A stretch of 64,000 bases of DNA. Source: Tubulanus polymorphus. Lineage: Eukaryota; Animalia; Nemertea. The translations under genes were made by a program, and so were the position numbers. Shown here one piece after another: positions 12,773 to 24,392 of this stretch; the stretch's first letter is position 1, and each line of letters opens with the position of its first letter. Below the pieces are notes generated by a model. That model saw only the letters and a list, made by a program, of their open reading frames with translations. It was not told the DNA's origin and ran no database searches. Location of the stretch: contig NC_134029.1 of the NCBI RefSeq assembly GCF_964204645.1, forward strand, positions 23,492,950 through 23,556,949. Direction: 5' to 3'.

Positions 12773-13497
12773 ATATTTTTAGCGTTTTCCTTTGATTGCC
12801 GTAGTCAGGTTATATTCAAATACGCCGGACAATAGTTAAGCATGACATGACGAATATGCGATCATATAAATTAGTCATAATTCTTCAGCATGTATGAATT
12901 AATTTCAGTTTTAAACTAAGTAATAGATGTAATACACCATACATTTATTTCATTTCGCATCTGGTGGCACCGAAATTATTCATGTAAATATAGGGTAACA
13001 TATTCATATAGGGTGTGATTGTATATTCATTTTAAGGATTTATTATACAAATATTTATCTCGTGTAATCTCGTGGTCGTTGAGATGGCTTTTTTTGTTGT
13101 TTCTGTAAATTTTAAGCAAGAATTACTTAACGTATTATTCTATCTTTTCCATTTATCTTCTATGGTATATATGGGTAGGCTGAGAGAAGCCGTTTCAAAG
13201 AAGAAAATATAGTTCATTCTAAACTTTATGTAGTTTTGGAATAATAAACTGAAACTAAGCAAACGAATAATATGCCTTGGTTTTTGTTCTTTTCGCAAAA
13301 TGTCGCTTTCCAAACGTTGTCATTCTGTGTCAATGGGTCAATTTGGAGTTTAAAAATGAGAAAAGCCTTGATTAATTCGAACCGAATTGTGTTGTTTTAG
13401 TTCAAAGAGACTTAAAGAGCTTTTTTAGAAAAGGGCCGCTCTCGAAAGAGAGAGCCATCAAGATCTTTTAATATCCGCTTCGTTTCGGGAAAGTAAG

Positions 13498-13505
13498 CAT
13501 GTGAC
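13498..13505 (-). promoter_or_regulatory. CLEAR/M-box-like MiT/TFE site (GTCACATG) upstream of CLN5
   Basis: CATGTGAC lies about 140 bp upstream of the CLN5 ATG. Lysosomal genes are established TFEB/MITF targets; function at this site is inferred. Confidence 0.4.
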
Positions 13506-13646
13506 CAGTAAGCCTACGTCATGCAGACAGGTCTTGAATGGTTCATATTGATATTGCTTTAATCGTGACCTCGCTGTTCAACAGATAAGACTGCAAACTT
13601 CTTATATTATATACCGTCGAATTATATCTATTCGACGGTACTGAAA

Positions 13647-15381
13647 ATGGCCACCACGAGTTGGTTACTGGTTTTGGAAATCATATTTTCGGTTTTCTGT
13701 GTTTGTAATTGTGCCGTATGGCCCATACCGTATCAGTAAGTACATGCATCTTGCAGCTAGATTTGAAAAATCCAATCGGATCATGATAGTGCAGTTGAAA
13801 TATTCGAATTACTTTCGGTCACACGGTATATGAGGCAATTTCGTATTTCGGTGTTTAGATAAAAGTCTGATATCGATGAAGTAAAAATCCACAGTATAAT
13901 GAAAAAAGAACTAAACTTCCAACCCGATTCAATGAGCCATTTTCAAAAACTGTTTTCAAAAATGGTCCGTGGAATGGGGTTGAAACATCAAATGCTCGTT
14001 TAGTTTTTTCGTCATATTGTGGGTTTTCCCTTCAATTCGTATAATTTCGTTCGAATTTATATTCAATTTAAAGGCGATATCGAGAAAGACCGAAAACGGA
14101 TGCGTTCTGTCAGGCGTTGTACCCGTTCTGCCCGACGGGTAGGAAGTCCAATCAGATGCCAGTAATGCTAAACGACGACTTGATCGAGATATACGCGCTG
14201 AAGGCACCGGTTTGGGAATTCAAATTCGGAAGTTTATTGAAGAATTTCGTGAGTATTTACAAGCATATGATTACAACAGATGGCAATAAGCGAAAATCCC
14301 ACGATACAAAAACGAGTCCAAAAAGGCCGGTTTCCGTCGAGCTAAGGTTTATTTCGACGTTGCGACTTCATCCTAATCCATGGTCGTCTTCAGATATACT
14401 CACCAAATTCCTGGACATCCTATTTGTGAGAAAATGTGGAATATAAATTTCTATGAACTGATCGTGTTTTCCTCTAGCACATAATGCACGACGCGATCGG
14501 GTTCAAAAGTTTGAAAACGGGGAAGAACTACACGATGGAATGGTACGAGTTATTTCAACTGGGTAACTGTACATTCCCGCACGTGAGGTCCGATAAATCT
14601 CTAAAATGGTGCAACCAAGGTGCGGCCTGTATTTACAGCGGGATCGACGATATTCATTGGTCTCAAAACGGAACATTGACCGAGGTTGGACTTGTTTCTG
14701 GTGAGTAGGTTCTACACTCGTTAGTGAAGCCCGACGCACACGGTTAATCACTTGGTTCACGAGAAACGTTTGTTCTTTGCTTTAGGTGCGATGTTCAACA
14801 AATTTTCTGATTGGGTTTTGTGGGATAATCGAACTGGAATTTATTACGAGACTTGGACCGTCGAAGAAAAACCAGGTAAAATTATATACATCAAAGAAAA
14901 TAAAGCAGTTAGAATGTGTTTTCCTCTGTACCCCTGTTTTCCAATTTTCCTACACCTAAATGCTAGTCTATAATCTTTCTCTATTCCAGGCGGAAGGATG
15001 TGGTTCGACTCGTATGACTGCGCTAGTTTTGTTGTGCGGGCATTTCAGCAATTGAAAAACGTGGGCGCAAAATTTAACCGTAACGTACGACTGAACTATA
15101 CACGTGTACATATATACAGCGAACAGCCTCGATTCCTGGGTAACACCTCACAAATATTCGGGCCCACAGGAAATAAAACATTAGCCGCGGATATTCTACG
15201 ATTTTACGAAGATTTTCAACCACACGTCCCATTCTGGAAAACGTTACTCAATATACTGTTCGCGGCAGAGGAGATTTTTATAGAGAAGAAATTCTACTTG
15301 TTCTATAACTTTGCCTATTGGATTCTACCAATTCAAAAGCCGTATTTCGGTTTAACTTATACCGAGGTACCCTTACCATAA
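13647..15381 (+). CDS. CLN5: CLN5 lysosomal protein (BMP synthase / cysteine hydrolase), 322 aa. Exons: 13647-13735, 14074-14248, 14478-14700, 14786-14875, 14990-15381.
   Basis: Signal peptide [23 protein letters not shown] is followed by [78 protein letters not shown] and TYTEVPLP, all diagnostic CLN5 motifs. Catalytic His/Glu/Cys are retained. Exons total 969 nt in frame; AATAAA at 15812. Confidence 0.97.
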
Positions 15382-15489
15382 ATAACTACTACCAAAATTA
15401 CATGTATTTTTGCTACAACGTATAAAATGCTACATGTGATATTGACCTGCCTTTTACAATGGGTTTATAAAAGATGATGTTTTTTTATC

Positions 15490-15616
15490 TTAAAATAGGG
15501 ATTGTCCCCATTATTTATTTATTTGGCTGGTAAATTTTGTTTGATTTTTCGATTGAGTGTCCCTTACAGACCCACCACACCTACCGGGAGCGAAACAGGG
15601 GGTTTGATTTTGAAAT
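15490..15616. repeat. Dispersed repeat in the CLN5 3'UTR; inverted copy at about 43788-43921
   Basis: gagtgtcccttacagacccaccacacctaccgggagcgaaacagg matches the reverse complement of cctgtttcgctctcggcaggtgtggtgggtttgtaagggacactc, and the flanks also match (aatagggattgtccc). Confidence 0.7.
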
Positions 15617-18113
15617 CGGAAATCGAAGTACAGATATAGATGTGTGATCGGCGGTCGAGTTAACAGAATATTTTAAAATCGAAGTACATAATTGGAAATT
15701 CGGTTAATATTGTGGCCGTTATGATAATGTACGTACAGTGTATTGCACTCCATTTTATAATGTCTAATCGATGCTCATTGCGGTAGAGCTTAATCGGGAA
15801 TTTTCAATTCGAATAAAATACTCGATCCTTTCAACCGAGAACTTATTATTTATAATTCAAGATTTTACTTAATTTGGAGCAGTCTGGCTATTCCCGTCAC
15901 CTGGAATGAACTGAACTCTAGCGTATTTCAACGTAGTTAGTTACCTAATCGTTGGTGGTAAGCTTTTTATAATCGGATGGGCTTATACCAACGGTATATG
16001 TGGTTTGTGAAAATATCCGATCGTGAAGGATCAAACTAAACACAGACAGGTTACTGACTAATTTCAACGCAGGTTATTAAGCTCATATGTATAATTCACA
16101 CCCACACCCGGACCCTCGACAGAGATTCGCCAGTCCTAGCGCGATGTCATCCAGTCTCGAACCCCTGCCTAATGGATAAATGGATAAAAATCGAGTCTGG
16201 TTTCCTTTAACAATTAAACGAAACAAATTTCTTCTACTCAGATATCATTTATTTCATAAAGTGCATGTTTTTTTTTCGTATGCAAGGTAGAAACAATAAA
16301 TTCAACAGTCCCGCATAGTAATAACATACACACGTATATATAATGGAGGGTTGTACGAGAAATGACAGATTGAGGACAAAAAAAACCCGCAGTTGACTTT
16401 TTCTCATAAAAACATTCAGATACCAGCAGTTAACAATAAATCAAACAAATATTTCTGGATAGAAAATGACTCACATAGGACAGCAATTATCACTTTATGG
16501 GTATTAGAGGTGCGAACCACGTGGAGCCGGTTAATCAGTTTGGAATAATTAGCACTTCCTAATCATGTGTCATTACCTAACAGGTCACACGTGTGTACTA
16601 TTCACACATCAACTTTCTTCATACAGAAACACAAAAACGATAAATCAAACAGTCCGTCGGTATTATTTTTTCAGGGGTGGGTCCAGACAGGAGCACAAGG
16701 AGCGAGTGATCCCGTCGCAGTATTCCTTTCAACCCACGTTTGTGCTGTAGGTTTTAAATCCAAGGAGGTAATTATCGAGGGTGAAATATGAGTTGATCCT
16801 CAAATATCTCGCATTCAAATTCTAACAGAGAGCCGTAGAGCCCATACAAGTGATTCGGTTCCACTTCCAAACGATTATTTGCAGCTAAAGTTTCTACATT
16901 TCATGTAAGTTGTTAAATGATCAATGAATTTAAGTAACAGGTATTGTTTATACATTGTGGAACAGTGAGCCATTTCACAAGTAACATTTCATTATTGAAG
17001 TTCCACTTGTATTTTGAAAAGGCCACAGGTCACGGTATCGGTGCAGCTATCAATCGTAAATCTGGTGCCATCCGTAGAAATTATGACCCTGTAATCGCTA
17101 TAATTCTGTAACACAATTAAACATACGGTAATGTTACTGCTAATGATCAACCGTGTTCCCTGATTATAAATGACGAATGAGTTCAAAAATATATCTTGAT
17201 AACAGATAAATAGAAAAAATAATAATATACATATTACATATTACATAACGAATTCTTGATTATCACATTATTTCTGGATGAAATATTTCAGTTTTTTGTA
17301 TCACGTATTGTTTCTATATCTAAGTTGAGATTTGATTAAATGATTTTAGATCACGAGATAAACCCGGGTACCTGGACGGTCGGTTGGTATTATCAGCTTA
17401 TTACTGTAGTCAAAAATACAACCTATTTATGTATTTTTGCTGTAGTGTAAATAAATAAACGAAGAAACACAAAATGTTGGTGTTAACTAAAAGTACTAAA
17501 ATTACTAGTGACTCTAAGGCAAAAATAATCTTAAACTTGATCTTATCAAGTTGGGTGAAAAAGATTACTAAATTTGCATTCACGCTATCGCTAGTTAGTC
17601 CATTCTTATTTGGCCAGTCACTGTAAGGACCAATTTAGATTTTTTAGGCGGGTCATTCACGCACATTTTAAAATCATCAGTGAAAACTTTTCACTGATCC
17701 AGCTAGACGCAACTCTGTGATTGACGGACAATTTAAAGCAAAGTTTCTTTTAACACAGAGAGAAATGTCCAAAACGGCCTGGATTGGTATTTTTGGTCAG
17801 TCTTAATTGTAAAATGGAACAGACCAAGCTAGAACTGACTTTTTACTTATGTGAACGCTTGGTCCAATCTAAATGGGAACGGACTAAAATCTAGAACTTT
17901 CTACATAAAAGTATTTTGAATCGATTGAAGATTCATGCAGCTAAATTTGATGTTTAATTATTACGATATCATCGCATTCAATTAACTTTCCTGAAAAAAA
18001 CTTCCCGAAAACTCGATTGAATAAGAATAAAATATGGAAATTAAAGCGAGTTAAAGAAATAAAACGAGCAATAATTGAGCACAAATCGTAAAGCAGGATT
18101 GAAGGTAGCACTG

Positions 18114-21100
18114 TTATGAAGAAGAGACGTCCAGTAAATGAGGACATTCAAGCATCACTTTAATGAGAATACGATCCATGTACGTTTGCATCATTGTATT
18201 GGAGTCTCTCAGATGAGTGTTTTCCGCTCGGAGTTCTGCAAATACATAGAAATATCAAAATCATCACAATATTTTTCAATAGAAAACTCGTTTCGAAAGT
18301 AACATTGAACCATTCCGTTCCCTTTTGTTAATAAAAGCAATATATTTATACACTTTTTATCTATCCAACACCTGTAATGGCTGCGTGGGCACTGCTCTGT
18401 TTAGAGAATGCCCTTTTCAATTTTTTTGTGCTCTGTCAAAGCCTGCAAATAGCCTTTAACGCCTTTCCTTCACCCTTCTAACACTAACACCAGACATAAC
18501 ACATCTTATCCGCGCACTTTCAATAAGTAACCATTAACCCTTTCAGTGCGTGTACACCGCAGTGCAGGGTAAAAATCAGTGATGGATTTTGCTAGTACAC
18601 CGCACGGCGGTGTATTGGTGTAATTAGTAATTATCTCTATTGAAAGATGGCAGCACCTGTCAAACATAGTGAAATACTAGTAACTAACGATACACCGCGC
18701 CGCGGTGTAGACGTACTATTGTGGTATTCCCGTTATTCAACACACTAGATTGGAATTTTTCAAAATTTTCAAATTATCTCCAGCACTATAGGGTATTGAT
18801 TAGTCAGCACTGAAAGGGTTAAGAGTTGACACATTAAGATGCTGAAGGGGTAGATCAGGCTGCTGAATGTCAGATGGGGTAGTTCAGGCTGCTGAATGTC
18901 TGATGGGGTAGTTCAGGCTGCGGAATGTCTGATGGGGTGGGGTAGTTACCCGTGTGAATCTTAACCTACGTAAAACATACCTTCATTTTCAAGTTTCACT
19001 TTATCATTCTCGATTCTCAAACGTTCCGACTCAAAACGTTGTCGACTGATTTCATTCATCATTTCGGATTTAGTCAAACCTGTAATCGAGCAACATGAGG
19101 AGAAGTTTTAAGGACACAAACCTAAAGCTGAACAGGACTGATCAAAATATAGTCAAATAGTAAAATTCTTCCATAACAAACAATTTCTTTCCTCGAGACC
19201 CAAATTTTCTAGTTCACTTTCAAGTAAGAGGACCCCCGTACAATGAACGCCTCATTTGACCTCTCATGCACTAATCTGCCAGTATATCTGTACAGTCAAT
19301 AATTGTTAATTGTTACGTTTTTATGCGATGGTGTTCACGATCATCCATGTCATTATCATTGAGCACACTCATGCTTAATAACGAATAAGTTCTATTGAAT
19401 GGTTGAATGTAGGGTACTTATTGACTGAAATAATTAGAAATTTGGGAAATTAATGTCTCGATTGATGAAAAGGTGGCGTGATGCCAAAATTTCAAACCTC
19501 TCCGCGATGAACGTTTTGCCCGGGACCAAAAGTGTTTGTTATAGTGAGGTTTTACGGGATTCTTACTTGTTGATTTATCTTTATTCCAAGGCATCAGACT
19601 ACCGCGTCGTTTTTCAGTTTTCTCCAGTGCAAGCGGCGCCAGGTCGAGGTGTTTACTGAGATCACGATCGCTGTATACTCTCGGCATCGACTTATGATGA
19701 GCTTTCTCTTTGTCGCTCGGTTTCAAAATGGACGAAAAGAAATTACCCTGAAAAAAAGTTTTTGACAATAAATTTCAGTTTTAAAGGTGATCCAGATGAT
19801 ATTTTTCCATCCCTCAACCCGCTGAGAACCATTTATATTATAAGCTGGTTCCAGAGTTTGAAACTATGAAACCTAGGTTGAGGGCTCAGCGACTGATGCT
19901 TAAACAGGTTTCACAGTATCACATCGTTTCAGAATTTCAGAAGGACTTTTTGAGAGGTCAATGAAAAAATTGGGGATTAACAGGGGCAATTGATGAACAA
20001 AGTGAAAGTAGAGACATTTTTTTTCACAAAATTGTAATTTGTATAACACATTGAGTCCCTGTTAAATTTTAAATCTGATTATAACCTCGCTGATTAGGAA
20101 CCATTGTCGCAAATGACACACTGATAAACTAGTTTTAAAAGGTACTTTTCCAAAATCTAAGGAGTTTCATCGGAATTCATGAGTAATTTCTCCAAATGAG
20201 TAGAGATTCGAGGTCGTTGGAAATAATTGTTCAATTCAGAGCAGTTTTCAAATGAATCAAACAGTAGTTCTATGAACCGTGGTAAACCGTTCAACCACTT
20301 CACCTCAATCCGGTTTTACTATTTCAATTGATATCTACGCGAAAAATGAAATTACCTTCAACGTATTGCTTCCTCTCCTGGCAGTGTCCGGACTAACCGA
20401 TAACAGAGCACCTACATCATTATCTACGTGATCGGACGTAGTTCTGTGTTTATTACTGAAACCCTCGTCGCTGCCAGTACTCGCTATAGATAACGTATTA
20501 CTAGACATCGATAACGTGTGTCGATGATGCCCGACTGGAGACGGAGTACCCGCGTTCTCCTCGCCGCTCACCCCGAATCGAGCTAACGGCTCTTTCAGTT
20601 TCGGAACCGGCCTCGGACTCGAACGTTTCGTATCGTAACCTTCATCTTTAAACGAATCCGACGACTTCAGGTTTGATTGTTGTTGTCTAGGCGACGGGAC
20701 GGGACTGTGTCGCGGAGAAGGGGTCGACGGAGGACGGTCGACGGAGGGTAACCCCCCGCCGGTTTGGATCGAACTCGCCGGAGAATCGTCGTTTCTACCG
20801 AACAAGGAACTGCGCGAAGCGGCGCTTTCCGTTCTAAATTTCGACGCTTCGTCCTCGAACGAAGTCAACGCGTAATCGATGAATTGAAACTGAACGGCCG
20901 AACTGCCTCGACCTCCGGACTGTGTCACCACGACTATATTCCCCGTCGAAACCTTCCACGGTTTCGTCGTGCAGTAAAGCTTCTTGGGAGATTCGTATTC
21001 GATATTCGCGAGACAGTTAGCGCTACAGATAAACAAACCGATCACGTCCTCGAGACTATCGCCGAGATTATCCCCGCGGATCGTGATTCGAGTACCGCCT

Positions 21101-23099
21101 TCCACCGGGCCAACCATCGGCGATATTCCCGTGATGTGCGGTTTTCGGTCGTCTTCGTCGTTTAAAACGTGAAAACTGCCACCGTGTGAACTGATACGAC
21201 CGGTCGATAGTAAATTCTCGTCCGGGTCGTCGATGCTGTAAACGCTATTGCTACGATACAACCCGTCGCTGCCTAACGATCTCGAAATATCGTACGAAGA
21301 CTTCGACCCTTTTTTCCCCTGGAACAAATTCGACAGACTTCCCTTCAACGAATTGTGTCGGATTTTCGAAATCGCGTCCGATGAGAGGATTTTGTCTTTC
21401 AGTTTGCCACCGGCGCCACCTTTTTTCGGCGGTGAACTGCTGAAACTGAACCGATGACCGGACAGCGCGGACTGCGGGTCGATGGGAAGATTGTTTTTTG
21501 AAATCCAGCAGTTGAACTGTAACTCTCCGTGCGGCGGTCCGCTTTTCTTATATTCGCGAAGCGGAGCGAATTGAGCCGATGTTTTCTGTAGAGGGATTTC
21601 ATCGATTTCGATCGTGATCGCTCCCAGTACGTGTTCACGATCGGTTACAACTAGTTTTAGAGGATGATTGTAGCTCGTTATTGGCCTAGAAATAAATTAC
21701 AATCAAACTGACTTTATTACAAGGTGGCGCCACTTTCCACCTAATCCCTGAATTTTCTATGTTAAAACACAAAATTCCCCGAGTCTAGTGACTGAATAGT
21801 AAAATTCATTCACTTCTTTAAATCACGTATTGATGAAGGAATGCACGGCCAATATCATTATCCAAAATTCCCTTGAGTTAAGTCAGTCATAATTGAGTCC
21901 TTTTCCAATTCAATGTAAAATGGGACTCAAAAATAGAAATGACATGACTTGTAAACTGATATAATTTCAGTTATTTCTAAGTGAACCCGTAATTGATGAT
22001 GTTTGAATATTTTTCATTTATTCGACATCTTCTAACATTTTAAGATTTTTTATCGAAACCAATGGAGATCTATGACTTACAAAGCGGATTCTTGGTTCCA
22101 TTCTGGATTGCCATTCGCCGACTCCTGGACATCAGTTCGAAATTTCTTCGAACCGACACCAAAAATTACTGAAAATTTCCCGGTTTTTGCTGAAAACATA
22201 GAGAAACAACAAGCATTTAATTGAGATTAGAAGTTTAACAGGAGGAGTTCTGGGGGGAAGGGGTTTTTTTCCATTCTCGCTCAATGTAGTCTAGTACCTA
22301 GCCGTCGTTCTACAAGCAACCGGTTGTAGGGAACCGGTAATAATGACTGGTATTCAGACTACCCTCAATTTACTTTATGACGGAATGATATTCATATACA
22401 ACAGCAATAGATAATACAGGTTATGCTAAAAAAAAAGATACCTTGGTTCTCATTTTTGCCGAGCTTAAAAGTTGACCCAGCCACTCGCCTATCTACTTTG
22501 TTTGAGCTGGCCATAACAGACCAAGCACTTATATAGAAATGAACTGATTACAAATTTCATTGTAGTTTACAAAAGTGCCTCGGCCGATTAGGAGAAACAA
22601 GGTATCATTTTATTGTAGCCTTAATGAGAAATTCTTAATACATTTATTCATAAATTGACTTCGAACAGATTCGAACGAAAATTCGGATTAAGCGAGCTCG
22701 TCTGCTATTACTGACCTTTTTTTTTTGATAGAAGATTTCTCGCCTGGTAAACTGTAACAGAAATTTCAAAATCATCTTCACTTTCTTCTTCGAACATTAT
22801 TCAAACAAACTCTCAACAGAGGAAAGATAGCGAGAGAGAAAGACAGAAGACACTCTTATATACAATGTACTACATGATATATGTCACTAAAATAAGACAT
22901 TACGAATTCATCTTATCTTGCTTTATCTCTTTAACCCGATTTTAGAAATCAATATTTATTACACTTGAAATAATCATTCGGCTTCCGAAAGTGTTACTTG
23001 ACACGAATCGGTAAGTTATACATGGTAAAAACCACTCTCACCAATAACTGTAACCTCTACATCAGCCTCTGCAGTAGCGACCTTCTTCGGCATTTTCAT
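18114..23099 (-). CDS. RAB11FIP: Class I Rab11-family-interacting-protein-like (C2 + IPT/TIG + coiled coil/FIP-RBD), about 644 aa. Exons: 23099-23042, 22751-22716, 22189-22081, 21685-20356, 19747-19567, 19079-18981, 18235-18114.
   Basis: N-terminal C2 domain: VEVTVIVYQARNLLSKK..FSVIFGVGSKKFRTDVQESANGNPEWNQESAL..LKLVVTDREHVLGAITIEI..HGELQFNCWI. C-terminus: LTKSEMMNEI..coiled coil..MQTYMDRILIKVMLECPHLLDV, matching the FIP-RBD consensus YIDxLLxRVME.TP.IL. All six introns are GT-AG and phase-consistent; exons total 1935 nt. Confidence 0.88.
18538..18818. mobile_element. piggyBac-type MITE (281 bp) in the last intron of the Rab11-FIP-like gene
   Basis: TTAA target-site duplication at 18534-18537 and 18819-18822. 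Perfect 12-bp TIRs CCCTTTCAGTGC/GCACTGAAAGGG. Three internal tacaccgc..g(c)ggtgta-type palindromic motifs. Confidence 0.85.
18847..18938 (+). repeat. Short tandem repeat, 29-bp unit x3
   Basis: ggggtag(a/t)tcaggctgc(t/g)gaatgtc(a/t)gat occurs three times, followed by a partial unit. Confidence 0.85.
22421..22624. mobile_element. MITE-like element (TTAA-flanked, possibly Kolobok-type); second copy at about 39910-40117
   Basis: Terminal inverted repeat gataccttggttctc / gagaaacaaggtatc. The internal sequence agcttaaaagt(t/a)gaccc..ccataacagacc..ggccgattaggagaaacaagg is shared between the two copies. Confidence 0.65.
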
Positions 23100-24392
23100 C
23101 CAATGTCAATTGCTGATGATAAGATGATGATCACTCTACATAATTATCGACAAACTATCGCGTGAGAACGAATAAACTAGATAAGTAAAAAATAGAACGG
23201 TGATCAGTAACGGGGACTTGTTTCTCGGGGAGGTTGGGACTGACTTGAATGAATCAGGCTGCCACCACCAAAAGGCCCCGGATCGGATGCCAATGATGGC
23301 AATATCCCAAAACAATGCAAGCTAACAGGTATTGAGTATTGGCAATTTGCAGATTTGTGTTGATGTGAAAATTTGGCTTTTATCTGAGGTTCAGAAAGAT
23401 GCCTTTGGGTGTCGCCCTTTTTCTTAGAATCATCTTCTTCGATTCAATTTCCTGTGCCGTGACAATTTTCTATAGTAAACTCGGCGCTGGCCGTGTGTTG
23501 TGGATGGAACTGGATTTTTTTCCCCGAAAAAGACCGATGATGCGACACAGAACTGTGTCACTGTCAGGCAGCATCTCATCGAAGTTAAAAGTCTCTGCCT
23601 TGTCTGTTTAATCTCAGGTTTATCGTGGCAAAATCACCATACGCGTTAATTATCATTAATTCTGAATTCGACTTCTGTCTAATTGAATTAGTAAAAAATT
23701 TACTAAATAAACAGCGCCACACACTGGTCACAACTCGAACTTCGATGATACACAGCGCCGCCTAGCATGACAATTATTGTGCTAACTATCGCCAAATACC
23801 TCACCAAAACACGTAATACCTGCGGGCCGGCGATGCGATGTAGTAATACATTTTCGGATCACATAAACGATGAAAACTGCTGCGGAAATGAACGGGGAAT
23901 TCTTAAATTTAAAATTTTACAAAAAGCCGAAGTTAAAGATATTGGCTGCCGTGCGGTCCGGCCCAGTTCACACTATAGGCCGGATACGGTGAAAGATTTT
24001 CCGCTTCGCCGGAGTTGCACGCGGTCGATGAATTTTGATAAGGTCCACGTTACCGCAGAAAAATGCGCCTTAGATAACGAATTTTTCGAAAAATATCTAA
24101 TCATTTTTAAGTCGCTCAGAAATCGAATCTAGCGATTATGGAATATTTTCTCACCTCCTAGATTTCTGATAATCACAGTGTAATTGAAAGCACATTCTCA
24201 AGGAAAATCTTTGTATTGACGTCAGAAAATGTGCATTGCGAAAACAGGTGTTAATCGGTAAGCCACCGTTCCATTAACACTTGTTTTATTTTTTCGCGGA
24301 AAGAGCGTTCTATGTATATATAACGTTTATAGAATCAGACCCGGATTATCTTCAAATGAGAATCAAAAATAGCGAATTATCATGAAATTGTT

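Noticed and set aside
20335-21348. Calling the IPT-containing ORF EXOC2/Sec5 or a plexin
   Set aside because: Only the IPT domain matches. There is no Sec5 helical body, Sema domain or transmembrane segment, and the flanking exons encode C2 and FIP-RBD domains.
20764-21457. Plus-strand ORFs (133, 62 and 69 aa) overlapping the large FIP exon
   Set aside because: Antisense shadows of a GC-rich coding exon with no recognisable motifs.
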